A stretch of DNA of 49,274 bases, taken from positions 1-49,274 of the forward strand of contig JBGCFM010000063.1 in the NCBI GenBank assembly GCA_045106895.1. The letters run 5' to 3'. The translations under genes and the position numbers were made by a program. The stretch comes from Polyangiales bacterium (GTDB lineage Bacteria > Myxococcota_A > Polyangia > Polyangiales > Houyiibacteriaceae). Below, in pieces: positions 9,294-19,176 of the stretch. Below the pieces are notes generated by a model that searched no databases, was not told the origin of the DNA, and saw only the letters and a program-made list of their open reading frames with translations. Numbering within the stretch: the first letter of the stretch is position 1; the number at the start of each line of letters is the position of its first letter.

Positions 9294-10111
9294 GACTCTC
9301 CTCCAGCAACCATCTTGAGATTCTCGCGCTCTGCGGCGCCGGGCCAACTCGTCAGACCGCGGCGTGCTTCCATCACGCGGCCGTCATCGAGGGAAATAAT
9401 GCGGTGGTCACGCTTCGCAATGAGCGAGTGATCGTGCGTGGCGAAGAGCACCGTCGTGCCGGACTCGTTGATCTCTTCGAAGAGCGTCAGGATGTCGATG
9501 GCGAGGTGAGGGTCCAGATTGCCCGTGGGCTCGTCGGCGAGGATAAGCGCTGGCTCGGAGACGATGGCGCGGGCCACGGCGACGCGCTGCTGTTCGCCGC
9601 CGCTGAGCGTTTCTGTGCGCTCATTCCCGCGTCCAGCGAGACCGACCCGCTCAAGCGCTTCGGCGACGCGGGCGCGAACCAGGCGACGAGGCATCGACAA
9701 GATCTCGAGGGCCACGGAGATATTCTCGAAGACGCTCCAGTGAGGGACGACCTTGAAGTCCTGGAAGACGATGCCGAGGTTGCGCCGCAAAAACGGGATC
9801 GACGCGGACGTGAGACGCGCGATGTCCTTGCCGCAGAAGAGGATTCGCCCCTCGTCCACCGTGTGTTTGCGATAGACGAGCTGGAGAAGCGTGCTCTTTC
9901 CGGCGCCGCTGGGACCGGTGACGAAGGCAAACTCGCCCCGCTCGACGCTCAGGGAGACGTCGCGGAGTGTCGGCTGGTCTTCGCGAAAGTACTTGAAGAC
10001 ACCCTCAAACTCGAGAATCGGTTTCTTCTGCGATTCGGAGAACTCTCCTCGTCCCGCACGAAAAAACGCGAAGGGTCGCACCACTTTTGAGTCGGATTCT
10101 TCGTTCGCCAT
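9290..10111 (-). CDS. ftsE: Cell division ABC ATPase FtsE
   Basis: [52 protein letters not shown]. Confidence 0.95.
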   Translation of the reverse strand: MANEESDSKVVRPFAFFRAGRGEFSESQKKPILEFEGVFKYFREDQPTLRDVSLSVERGEFAFVTGPSGAGKSTLLQLVYRKHTVDEGRILFCGKDIARLTSASIPFLRRNLGIVFQDFKVVPHWSVFENISVALEILSMPRRLVRARVAEALERVGLAGRGNERTETLSGGEQQRVAVARAIVSEPALILADEPTGNLDPHLAIDILTLFEEINESGTTVLFATHDHSLIAKRDHRIISLDDGRVMEARRGLTSWPGAAERENLKMVAGGES

Positions 10112-10204
10112 ACCCCTGCGAATATCGGAGTGGGTGACGTGGGGTCAAAAAAGGCGCAGCGATGAGACACCGGTCGAGGGTGAGACTCGGGCATAGTCTC
10201 CAAC

Positions 10205-11515
10205 ATGGGTCGCCGTATGAAACAGCTCATCTGGGTGGGTATCGCCCTCGTCGTCGTCTCCGGCGCCGCTCGTTTCGCTTGGCTGATGATCGACGCGCGA
10301 CAGATAGAGGCGCGGCGAGAGGCGCTTCGCGAGGAGTTTGCCCTCGCGTCCAACGGTGAGCTCGCGCAACTCGAACGCCTCGTGGGCTTCTCCCGACTCA
10401 CCAGCCGCGGGTATCCGCAGGTTTCCGACGATGGAGCGCTCGGCTCCCCGACCCATTGGCGGGCGTCGGTTCATCACGGCGCTCGCCAAGCCGCAATGAG
10501 CCCTGGAGCCCGCGGAATCGTCGTCGAGACGTCGGACGACGGCCAGAATAGGATGGCCCGCATCCAGTTTGACCTCCCCGATGCCATCCGCGCAGAGCGA
10601 TGGGACGAGGTTGTTTGGGTGGCCTTTGTATACCGAAGCAGGAGGGAAGGCGAATACGAGTATCTGGGCGAACGCAGCGAGCAAGGCGGTGAGTCCGCGC
10701 CCATCGCGGTCGAACGCGTGGACGTTCGGCTTGTCACATGGACAGACGGCCGGCTCGCCGCTCGCGGCACCGTCGGCGCTATTCCGCATGGGAAAATCGT
10801 GCGTCATCGACCCTATTTCTTCGACGTCCGCGACGCCACTCTCCTCGCCCTCGTGAACGAAGTCTTCGAAGCATCGATGGAAGCGCCAACGGCGGAGAGC
10901 CGAGCCGCATACTCGTGGAACCGCGAGTGCATTGTGGACCGTCTCTCGGATGAGCCAGCCGACACGGCGATGTTGAACGCGCACCAGGACTGTCTGAACG
11001 GCGCGACACCTGCATGCCTGGCGGATTGCCATTCCGGCGTCGGCGCGAGCTGCGCGGAGGCCGCATATGCACTCGATCACGCCGAAGACCCAAGCTCTCA
11101 GTCTCTCTACGAAGAGGGCTGCATGTACGGATATCTCAACGCGTGCACCAACCATGCAGCGTTCCTCGCGCTTCGCGCGGAGGACGACGCCGCGCAGTCC
11201 TGTGCTCGTCGCGTCTTCGAAAACACCTGCCGCGGCGACGACGCTTTCGGTTGCGGTATGCTTGGACAGATGCGGGCGAGCGGTGCGGGGTTCGACGAGG
11301 CGGATCCATCCGCCGCATATGAGCTCTTGAAGCGTAGTTGCCGCACGCTTGGCGCCTTCGCCTGTTCTGTCCTTGGGCGATTGGGCGCCGCAGGGGTGCT
11401 CGGCGAGGAGGCGGCCTTCGAGTCTCCCGCGGCCCTCGCGCGCGCATGCGAGACCGGTTACTCACGCGCATGCCCGCTGGTCGACGCCGGGAGCACGCGG
11501 CCGGACGACAACTAA
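10205..11515 (+). CDS. Membrane-anchored protein with C-terminal Cys-paired Sel1-like repeats
   Basis: N-terminal TM; repeats such as LYEEGCMYGYLNAC, FENTCRGDDAFGCGMLG, LKRSCRTLGAFACSVLG and LARACETGYSRAC. Start is 10205 or 10217. Confidence 0.7.
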   Translation: MGRRMKQLIWVGIALVVVSGAARFAWLMIDARQIEARREALREEFALASNGELAQLERLVGFSRLTSRGYPQVSDDGALGSPTHWRASVHHGARQAAMSPGARGIVVETSDDGQNRMARIQFDLPDAIRAERWDEVVWVAFVYRSRREGEYEYLGERSEQGGESAPIAVERVDVRLVTWTDGRLAARGTVGAIPHGKIVRHRPYFFDVRDATLLALVNEVFEASMEAPTAESRAAYSWNRECIVDRLSDEPADTAMLNAHQDCLNGATPACLADCHSGVGASCAEAAYALDHAEDPSSQSLYEEGCMYGYLNACTNHAAFLALRAEDDAAQSCARRVFENTCRGDDAFGCGMLGQMRASGAGFDEADPSAAYELLKRSCRTLGAFACSVLGRLGAAGVLGEEAAFESPAALARACETGYSRACPLVDAGSTRPDDN

Positions 11516-13542
11516 GGCGCGCTTGTCGTGACCTGAAAGAAGTACTCGCCGACGCTGGAGTCGCCCCAACCGTCCACGACGAAGTGGTGAACGCCCGCAT
11601 CGAGGAGTTCCTCCAAGCGGCCAGAAGCGCCGTCCCCGCTATCATCGTCGCAACCCAGCTCGTTGCGGTCGCTGCACACCGCGCCATGCCGGTGAATCAC
11701 CGTGTCGAAATCGCTTCCTGCGCTCGTGACGACGACGCGCTGTCGCTCGGACAGCTCCAGGCGAAACGCGACGTCCGGAGAAGCCGCGGCGGACCCGCAG
11801 AGCCTCGTTGAGTAATCTGGGCTCATATCGCGCGTGCTGCCGCGATAGAGGCCCCCTTCCGGCGGTACGACGAACGCGCTCTCGCATGTGTCGTTTCCGC
11901 TGACGTCCGTAACAGGCGTTGGCGGCGTAAACGAGAGCGTCAGCTCGTAGTCCAAAGGCGACGGGGATTCGACGATGGCGAAGTACTCGCCCGGCGGTAG
12001 GTCGCGCGCCAGCACACGCCCCGGGTTTCCGCTGCTGCAGCGGAGCTGGGCATCCGGGGCGCCGCACTCAGTCCGAAGCGAGAGATACACAAACGCGCCC
12101 CCGCCATCGGCGACGATGGTGACGTCGCTTCGCTCGTCGACGGTGAAGCGGTGGACAGCGTCCGGGTAGAACGAACCACACGTGGGGCTCAGGTCGTCCT
12201 GCAACCCACGCAGGCTGCCCATCACGGGTGCCGCAGCGCTCAGCTGAAGGGGGTCGTCGCAGGTGTCGCCTGGGGACGGATCGCTGGGCTCCTCGAACTC
12301 CACGCTGAGCGTAAACTCCGCTTCGAGGGCGGGGCCCGACTCAACGATGACAAAGTAGGTGCCGGCGGGGACGCGATGAAGCCGCCCGCCCCCTGGATTG
12401 CCTCGCATACATCGCCTCGCTTCTCCGCCACACGAGTCCTGAACCTCCACGGCCAAAGCGCCTCCCTCGCGGGAAAGCGCCGACACGAGAACGTCTTGCT
12501 CCTCCTCCAGCGTGAACACGTAGCTGAGGTCGACCCAGCCTGCCTCGCCGCAGCCCGTCTCCACGGCATCACTCACATCGATAAGGCTACCGATGAAGGA
12601 GCCGCCGGCGCTCACGTCGATGGGGCTTTCGCAACTTTGATTGGTGGGCGCTTCGGTGGCGTCGGAGAAGACGACCTCGACGACGAGCTCGCTCCCGCCG
12701 CCCGCCACAACGACAAAGTACTCGCCGGCGTCGAGGGCCCTCGCGCGTACCTGCCCTGGGAAACCGGAGCCGCACTCGAACTCCGAGTCGCTCACGCCGC
12801 ACGTGGTCCGAAGGCCCAAGAAGGTCAGGCTTGAGCCTGCTGCGCGGACCGTCAGGTCTTGCGGGGTTTCGAGGGTGAAGCTCAAGACAACGTCGCCGCG
12901 CCCTGGAGGCGCGCAGGTCAAGGGGTGGTCCGGTGCGGCGCCTTCGCTGCGAACTTCGAACACCCCGCCAAGGCTCACGTCGAGGGCATCATCGCAGGTG
13001 TCGTGCATGGGCCGGCCGCACTCCGCTTCGTCGGTTTCTTCGTCGCAGTCGTTGTCAATTCCGTCGGAGCAGATCTCCGCGACGCTTGTAGAGCGGAGCG
13101 GGTCTCGGTCATCGCAGTCGGTCCCGCCGGCGCAATTCCAGTCGGCGTCACCGTCTTCGTCAAAGTCGCGCACGCTGTGCTGACAGGTCTTGGACTCCTC
13201 GTCGCAGCGGTCGATGGTGCAGACGTCGCGATCGTCACAGCTCTGAAACTGGCCAGGCGCGCAGCCTCCTGCCTCCCGGTCGCATACCTCCACACCGTTG
13301 CAGAAGACGTTGTCGTCGCACATCGCGGAATCGTCGCGGTTTCGGCAGAACCCGCCCATGCAGAGGTCCCGCGTGCACGGAATGCCGTCGTCACACACCT
13401 CGTCGCTCGTACACGTGCGTGGCCCGCTGTCTTGCCCACCATCGAAGGTGGCATCAGGCCCCGCGTCGCTGCCGGCATCTGTCGCCACGTCGTCGCCGCA
13501 AGCCAAGGAGAACGTAAGACACAGAACCATCGCGCGAAACAT
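11512..13542 (-). CDS. Large Cys-rich lipoprotein with a putative metal-binding motif and four PPC-like beta-sandwich repeats
   Basis: Start refined to ATG 13542 (MFRAMVLCLTFSLAC lipobox); DAG linker; CDD..CT.D.C repeats; DCDD.DP...AEIC.DGIDNDCD; four ~120-aa repeats opening DTC/QSC and closing with G.Y(F)-type strands. Confidence 0.85.
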   Translation of the reverse strand: MFRAMVLCLTFSLACGDDVATDAGSDAGPDATFDGGQDSGPRTCTSDEVCDDGIPCTRDLCMGGFCRNRDDSAMCDDNVFCNGVEVCDREAGGCAPGQFQSCDDRDVCTIDRCDEESKTCQHSVRDFDEDGDADWNCAGGTDCDDRDPLRSTSVAEICSDGIDNDCDEETDEAECGRPMHDTCDDALDVSLGGVFEVRSEGAAPDHPLTCAPPGRGDVVLSFTLETPQDLTVRAAGSSLTFLGLRTTCGVSDSEFECGSGFPGQVRARALDAGEYFVVVAGGGSELVVEVVFSDATEAPTNQSCESPIDVSAGGSFIGSLIDVSDAVETGCGEAGWVDLSYVFTLEEEQDVLVSALSREGGALAVEVQDSCGGEARRCMRGNPGGGRLHRVPAGTYFVIVESGPALEAEFTLSVEFEEPSDPSPGDTCDDPLQLSAAAPVMGSLRGLQDDLSPTCGSFYPDAVHRFTVDERSDVTIVADGGGAFVYLSLRTECGAPDAQLRCSSGNPGRVLARDLPPGEYFAIVESPSPLDYELTLSFTPPTPVTDVSGNDTCESAFVVPPEGGLYRGSTRDMSPDYSTRLCGSAAASPDVAFRLELSERQRVVVTSAGSDFDTVIHRHGAVCSDRNELGCDDDSGDGASGRLEELLDAGVHHFVVDGWGDSSVGEYFFQVTTSAP

Positions 13543-13647
13543 GAGGCCACTATGGCACAAGCGCGCTGCCTGCCCCACACCCGGCCTTGGCCTGGCGTTA
13601 TGAGGAAGGTCACGCGCGAGGTCCTCGGAAGGCGTCAAGGTCCTGCC

Positions 13648-14436
13648 ATGAACCCTGCTTCCACCAAGGCCGTCTATTACTCCGCTGGGGGCTCCATCGG
13701 AGAGCTCATCCTCAACCGCGGTGACAACCGAAACTCGATGACCCCGGAGCTTCTCGGCGCCTTCAGCGAGGCGTCGGCGCAAGCCGCAGCGGACAAAGAG
13801 CTGCGTTGCCTCATCGTCCGGGGAGAGGGCTCCTGTTTCAGCGCCGGCGCCGACTTCAAGTCGAACATCCAAGCGGGCGAAGGGGCGCCCGACGAGCGCT
13901 CCTACGCCATGTACCGGCCCTTCCTCTCGCTCCTGGATGTCCAGGTGCCGATCGTCGGGGCACTCAACGGCCACGCCGTCGGAGGCGGCTTTGGGCTCTC
14001 CCTCATGTGCGACCTCCGGATCGCGAACAAGGACTCCAAGTACGGCGCGAACTTCACCCGTCTTGGGTTGCACCCAGGTATGGCAATCTCCTACCTCCTC
14101 CCTCGCCTAGTTGGGGTAGTACGCGCCAACGAGCTTCTGCTCACCGGTCGTCTTATCAGAGGCCACGAGGCGGCGGCGATGGGCCTCGTGAACGAAGCTG
14201 TAGAAGCGGACCAAGTCGTTCCTCGAGCGCGCGCCCTCGCCGAAGAAATCGCATCCGCGGCGCCTCTCGCGATGCGCTCGACGAAGCGAGCCATCTACGA
14301 CGGTCTCGACTGGAACCCTCGCGCGGCGGCACGTCGAGAAGCGGCGCTTCAGGCACAGAGCGTCGCCACGGACGATGCGAAAGAAGGAATGAAGGCGCTC
14401 CTTGAGAAGCGCCCGCCGGTCTTCGTTGGTCGCTAG
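13648..14436 (+). CDS. Enoyl-CoA hydratase/isomerase (crotonase) family protein
   Basis: FSAGADF, ALNGHAVGGGFGL..MCDLRIA, LGLHPGM, EGMKALLEKRPPVF. Start refined to ATG 13648. Confidence 0.93.
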   Translation: MNPASTKAVYYSAGGSIGELILNRGDNRNSMTPELLGAFSEASAQAAADKELRCLIVRGEGSCFSAGADFKSNIQAGEGAPDERSYAMYRPFLSLLDVQVPIVGALNGHAVGGGFGLSLMCDLRIANKDSKYGANFTRLGLHPGMAISYLLPRLVGVVRANELLLTGRLIRGHEAAAMGLVNEAVEADQVVPRARALAEEIASAAPLAMRSTKRAIYDGLDWNPRAAARREAALQAQSVATDDAKEGMKALLEKRPPVFVGR

Positions 14437-14439
14437 CGG

Positions 14440-14469
14440 TTGACGGCTTCGTCCGCATCTCGTTAGAAC
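14440..14469 (+). promoter_or_regulatory. Putative sigma70 promoter TTGACG-N18-TAGAAC, 6 nt before GTG 14476
   Basis: Near-consensus -35 and -10 hexamers in the 39-bp intergenic gap. Confidence 0.5.
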
Positions 14470-14475
14470 ACGAGG

Positions 14476-15594
14476 GTGAGTAGTGTCCCCCCACGGCTTC
14501 CGTTGCCAGCGGACCAACTTCCCGAGAAAATCCGTCGCTTCGGCGATCCTGCTGCGCCGAAGGGCGCGCGGACCATGGCCGCGAGAGGGCTGGTGCCCAT
14601 TCAGGGCGCCAACCTCCTCATGCTGCTCACGCAGCTCGCGGCGGACCCGGACTCGGACATCGCGGACGCGGCCCATGCCAGCCTGATGAAGATGCCGCCG
14701 GAGGTCATCGTGCCTGCCTGCAAAGCAGAGCTGCACCCTTCCGCCGTCGACTCCCTCGCCAACATCCTCCGGGAAAACGACGACGCCATCGAGGCGCTCG
14801 TTCTCAACGCCGGGATGACGGACTACACGCTCGAACGCGTCGCACGCCAAGCCTCGGAGAGCATCGGGGAGCTCATCGCCATCAACCAAGAGCGTCTCCT
14901 GGCGGCACCGCAGATCGTCGAAGCGCTCTACAAGAACAAGAACGTCCGCATGTCCACGGCGGACCGCATGGTGGAGCTCTGCGCGCGAAACGGCGTCGAG
15001 CTCTCGGCGATTCCGGCGTTCCAAGCGCACGCCGAAGCCATCAAGGGACAGCTCATCCCCGAGCCTTCCGACGAGCCGCTGCCTTCGGACGTCGACTTCA
15101 AGCTCGCGGCCACGGAGGTCGCGGACGAAGACGCCTTCGACGTCGACATCGTCGAGAAGACCGAAGAGGTCAAAGACAAGTTCAAGCCGCTCTCCTTCCG
15201 CATTCAGCAGATGACCATCGCGGAGAAGATCCGACTGGCGGTTGTTGGCGACGCGGCGGCGCGCGCCATGCTGGTGCGCGACCCCAATCGCCTTGTGTCC
15301 CACGCCGCGATCTCGTCGCCTTCGATGACGGAGAACGAAGCGTCGGGCATCGCCAACTCGCGCAACGTCTCCGACGACATCCTTCGCTACATCGGCAACC
15401 GCAAGGAGTGGCTGCGCTCGTACGAGATCAAACGCTCCCTCGTCACAAACCCGAAAACGCCCATCGGCATCTCACTACGTTTCTTGGGGCACCTTCGGGC
15501 AAACGACCTCAAGATGCTCGCTCGAAGCCGCGGCATTCCGGGGCCCCTCAAGACCGCCGCGCGAAACCGCATGGCGAAGAAAGGCGCCACATGA
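14476..15594 (+). CDS. Conserved helical-repeat hypothetical protein (LRV/HEAT-like)
   Basis: ARMAARG-like N-terminus, IAINQERLL..PQIVEALYKN, IQQMTIAEKIRLA..G...R.MLVRDPN and LVTNPKTP motifs; good codon bias. Confidence 0.75.
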   Translation: MSSVPPRLPLPADQLPEKIRRFGDPAAPKGARTMAARGLVPIQGANLLMLLTQLAADPDSDIADAAHASLMKMPPEVIVPACKAELHPSAVDSLANILRENDDAIEALVLNAGMTDYTLERVARQASESIGELIAINQERLLAAPQIVEALYKNKNVRMSTADRMVELCARNGVELSAIPAFQAHAEAIKGQLIPEPSDEPLPSDVDFKLAATEVADEDAFDVDIVEKTEEVKDKFKPLSFRIQQMTIAEKIRLAVVGDAAARAMLVRDPNRLVSHAAISSPSMTENEASGIANSRNVSDDILRYIGNRKEWLRSYEIKRSLVTNPKTPIGISLRFLGHLRANDLKMLARSRGIPGPLKTAARNRMAKKGAT

Positions 15595-16814
15595 TTCTCC
15601 GAAAGCTCTTCGGCGGGAGCCCCGAAGCTCTGCAGAAGAAGGCGACCACGCAGTTCGAGAGCGGCGACTATGGCGGCGCCCTCCTCTCCTATCAAAAGCT
15701 CTCGGAGCGGCTCAAAGGCGCCGCCGCCGACGAAGCGCGGGTGCAAGTGTCGCGTTGCAAAGATGAGCTCGCGCGGATTCGCCTCGCCGAAGCGGAGCGA
15801 CTCGTCGAGCAAGGCGACCTGGACATGGCCCAGGAAGAGCTCGACGGCGCCCTCGAAGTCGTAGTGGGCGATGAAGCTCGTGCTGAGATTCAGGACTTCG
15901 TTGACTCGCTTCAGCGCGACGACGCCAAGGAGCGCGCCACCATCGTCGACGTGAGCGACGAAGAACGTTGGGTTCTCATCAGCGGAAACTGGGGGGCAGA
16001 CCAGAGCGAGGAGCTCGAGGCCCACGGAGAAGACCTTCGCGAGGCCATCCTGACACTTCATCGCGGCGGTTTCAGCAAAGCGCGCGTCGCGCTTGAAGCG
16101 ATGGTGGAAGAGGCCGATGAGCCCCGATACCTGTGGCTTGAGGTCGCACGCGCGCAGCTCGCCGACGAGGACGCCGCCGCGGGCAAGGTCTCCCTTGAGA
16201 ACTACCTCGAAGCCACCGACGCCGAAGATGTGGATGAACCGTGGCTCGGCGCGCACATCGCTCTCGCGGGGATCGCCGACGGCGAAGATGACTTCGAAGG
16301 AGCGATGGCCCACTTCACCCTCGCCGTTGAAGCCTTCGAGGATGACCCGCGGCCGTACCACGCCATGGGCACATTCCTACGACTCAAGGACTGTCCAAAC
16401 GAAGCCATCGATGTGCTCGAAACCGCCGCGGAGATCGGCGACGCGGAGCAGCCCGACTGGCGCATCCTCCAGGAGCTTGGCCTCGCCTACCGTGACGCCG
16501 AGCGCCACGACGAAGCCATCGGAACCCTTGAAGGCGTCATCGACTTCATGGTCGCGCGACGCGAGATGGACTACCCGCCACCGACCGCGGAGGCGCTCGC
16601 GGAACTCCACGAAAAGCACGGCAAGATGCAGCGCGCGGCCGATATGTGGGCGTCGTTGGCGCGCGGCTCAAACCGAAGCAAACACCACGAGTACCACCTC
16701 AACGCCGCGCGTGTCCTCGGTGAACTCGGGCTCGACGAGGAAGCGGCTCGCATGCGTAAGCGCGGCGAGGCGCTCAAGCCCGACGCGGCGGGCGAAGCCG
16801 GCGAGGAAGAGTAG
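15591..16814 (+). CDS. TPR-repeat protein
   Basis: ATG 15591 overlaps the upstream stop (ATGA); multiple TPR-like helical pairs. Confidence 0.8.
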   Translation: MILRKLFGGSPEALQKKATTQFESGDYGGALLSYQKLSERLKGAAADEARVQVSRCKDELARIRLAEAERLVEQGDLDMAQEELDGALEVVVGDEARAEIQDFVDSLQRDDAKERATIVDVSDEERWVLISGNWGADQSEELEAHGEDLREAILTLHRGGFSKARVALEAMVEEADEPRYLWLEVARAQLADEDAAAGKVSLENYLEATDAEDVDEPWLGAHIALAGIADGEDDFEGAMAHFTLAVEAFEDDPRPYHAMGTFLRLKDCPNEAIDVLETAAEIGDAEQPDWRILQELGLAYRDAERHDEAIGTLEGVIDFMVARREMDYPPPTAEALAELHEKHGKMQRAADMWASLARGSNRSKHHEYHLNAARVLGELGLDEEAARMRKRGEALKPDAAGEAGEEE

Positions 16815-16851
16815 TCAGCGACGGCTTCTCCGCCGGTTCAACCGCCGCTGA
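16815..16851. terminator. Possible hairpin terminator between convergent genes
   Basis: TCAGCGACGG...CCGCCGCTGA inverted repeat with one mismatch, a long loop and weak T-tracts. Confidence 0.3.
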
Positions 16852-16862
16852 GACTTCCTTTC

Positions 16863-17687
16863 CTAGAGGAAAAAGTCAGGCATCAGGTCCTGAGTCGGGT
16901 CGATGGCGTACTTGCTCAGGTCGCTTTGTCCCATCTTGTCGGTGAGAATGTCTTCGTCGACGAAGAAGTTCCCAGTCACGTCGCGGCTTGGCTGGGTCAG
17001 AATCCAGTGGGCGGCGTCGCCCATGATCTCCGCCGTCCGGCTACGTTTCACCATGGTGTCGCCGCCGAGGAGGTTCTGAACCGCCGCCGTCGCGATGGTC
17101 GTCTTTGGCCAAAGGGCGTTCGCCGCGATGCCTCGACGCTTGAACTCTTCGGCCCAGCCCAGGACGCACATGCTCATGCCAAACTTCGCCATGGTGTAGG
17201 CGACGTGGGGCGCAAACCACCGAGCGTCCATGTTGAGCGGCGGTGAGAGATTCAGAATGTGCGGGTTCTCTGCCTTCTCCAGATGCGGGAGACAGAGCTT
17301 GCCGCAGAGGAACGTGCCGCGTGTGTTGACCGAGTGCATCAGGTCGTAGCGCTTCATCTCGACGGTCTTTGTGTCGGTGAGGTTGATGGCGCTGGCGTTG
17401 TTGACGAGGATGTCGATGCCGCCGAACTTCTCGACAGCTTTGTCGATGGCGTCCTGAATCTTTCCCTCGTAACGAATGTCCACGACGCACGGAAGCGCGG
17501 TGCCGCCGGCCGCTTCAACGGCCTCCGCGGCGGTGTAGATCGTGCCCTCGAGCCTTGGGTGCGGCTCAGCGGTCTTCGCCGCGATGACAATGTTCGCGCC
17601 GTCTTTCGCGGCTCGCAGGGCGATGGCCTTGCCGATGCCGCGGCTCGCGCCAGTAATGAAGAGTGTTTTGCCTTTGAGGGTGCTCAT
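16863..17687 (-). CDS. Short-chain dehydrogenase/reductase, HSDL2-like
   Basis: MSTLKGKTLFITGASRGIGKAIA, AAKTAEPHPRLEGTI, NNASAI, YTMAK. Start refined to ATG 17687. Confidence 0.93.
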   Translation of the reverse strand: MSTLKGKTLFITGASRGIGKAIALRAAKDGANIVIAAKTAEPHPRLEGTIYTAAEAVEAAGGTALPCVVDIRYEGKIQDAIDKAVEKFGGIDILVNNASAINLTDTKTVEMKRYDLMHSVNTRGTFLCGKLCLPHLEKAENPHILNLSPPLNMDARWFAPHVAYTMAKFGMSMCVLGWAEEFKRRGIAANALWPKTTIATAAVQNLLGGDTMVKRSRTAEIMGDAAHWILTQPSRDVTGNFFVDEDILTDKMGQSDLSKYAIDPTQDLMPDFFL

Positions 17688-17789
17688 GACCCGGTCATAG
17701 CGGCGGGTCGCCATTTGGTAAAGGGGTGGGCCCGCAGAGATGAACCACCGGGGCTGGTGCGGCGCGCTCCCATGCCCTAAGCAGGCGAG

Positions 17790-19160
17790 ATGAGCAGCGA
17801 CACGGTCTACGATCTTGCGGTAATTGGTGGCGGCTCCGGTGGCGTTCGCGCAGCCCGACTCGCGGGACAGCTCGGCAAAAAGGTGTGCATCATCGAGGGC
17901 CAGGATCTCGGCGGAACCTGCGTCCACCGAGGCTGCGTCCCCAAGAAGTTCATGGTGTACGCGAGCCGCTTTACCCACGAGTTCGAAGACGCCGCCGCCT
18001 ACGGCTGGACGCTGGGAGAGGAACCCACGTTCGATTGGTCGACGCTCATCAAGAACAAAGATAAGGAGCTCGCGCGCCTTGGCGGCCTTTACCGAAAGGG
18101 GCTCGAAAACGCGGGTGTCGATGTCATCGAAGGCTTCGGCAGCTTCGTCGATGCGAACACAATCGCCGTCGGCGAGCGCACCATCCGCGCGAAGAACATC
18201 CTCGTCGCAGTCGGCGGCAAACCGGTTCGCCTCGTCGCCGAGCACACCGAACTCAGCATCAGCTCCGACGAGATTTTTCACCTTGAGGCGTTGCCAAAAC
18301 GCGTCCTTGTCGTCGGTGGCGGTTACATCGGCATCGAGTTTGCGTGCCTGCTCAACCTCCTCGGAAGCGAAACCCACCTCGTTCATCGTGGGCCCCACCT
18401 TCTGCGCGGCTTCGACGAAGAGTGCTCGGAGTTCTTGGCCGAGAGCATGCGCGAAGCCGGCGTCCAGCTGCATCTCAACGACACCGTCACCAGCCTCAGG
18501 AAGTGCCCCGAAGGCACCGACGCGGTCCTGGCCTCTGGCGAAGAGATCGTCGTCGACGTGGTTCTCCGCGCGACGGGGCGCCGCCCCAACACCGACCGCC
18601 TCAACCTTGAGTCCGCGGGTGTGGAGACCGGTGATTGGGGACAAATCCTCGTCGACGAGAAGTTCCGGACCTCGGCGAAGCACATCTTCGCACTCGGCGA
18701 CGTCATCACGCGCATGGAGCTGACTCCCGTCGCCATCGCCGAGGCCATCGTCTTCATCGACGAGCTCTTCGGCGCCGGCGAAAAGACCATCGACTACGCC
18801 AATATTCCGACGGCGATTTTCTCGACGCCGACGATGTCCACCGTCGGGATCAGCGAAGAAGAAGCGTGGAAGCTCGGGCGGCCGCTCTCGCTCTTCACCT
18901 CCTCCTTTCGCCCCATGAAGCAGAGCCTCTCCGGGCGGGCCGGACGCTCCTTCATGAAGCTCATCGTCGACACGGAGAGCGACAAGGTCCTCGGCGCCCA
19001 CATGGTCGGCGAGCACAGCGGCGAGATCCTTCAGGCCATGGCCGTCGCGATTCGATGCGGCGCCACCAAGAAAGACCTCGACGGCACCATCGGCATTCAC
19101 CCGACAGCGGCGGAAGAGTTCGTCCAGATGCGCTCCGTGACGAGAAGCTCTCCGCTGTAG
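17790..19160 (+). CDS. gor: Glutathione-disulfide reductase
   Basis: GGGSGG FAD motif, GGTCVHRGCVPKK redox disulfide, GGGYIGIE, LTPVAI, TIGIHPTAAEE. Confidence 0.93.
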   Translation: MSSDTVYDLAVIGGGSGGVRAARLAGQLGKKVCIIEGQDLGGTCVHRGCVPKKFMVYASRFTHEFEDAAAYGWTLGEEPTFDWSTLIKNKDKELARLGGLYRKGLENAGVDVIEGFGSFVDANTIAVGERTIRAKNILVAVGGKPVRLVAEHTELSISSDEIFHLEALPKRVLVVGGGYIGIEFACLLNLLGSETHLVHRGPHLLRGFDEECSEFLAESMREAGVQLHLNDTVTSLRKCPEGTDAVLASGEEIVVDVVLRATGRRPNTDRLNLESAGVETGDWGQILVDEKFRTSAKHIFALGDVITRMELTPVAIAEAIVFIDELFGAGEKTIDYANIPTAIFSTPTMSTVGISEEEAWKLGRPLSLFTSSFRPMKQSLSGRAGRSFMKLIVDTESDKVLGAHMVGEHSGEILQAMAVAIRCGATKKDLDGTIGIHPTAAEEFVQMRSVTRSSPL

Positions 19161-19176
19161 CCCGCGAAGATTCGCG

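Noticed and set aside
11512..14436. Apparent long overlap of the 853-aa and 525-aa ORFs
   Set aside because: Starts are over-extended. The likely starts, 13542(-) and 13648(+), give ordinary divergent genes.
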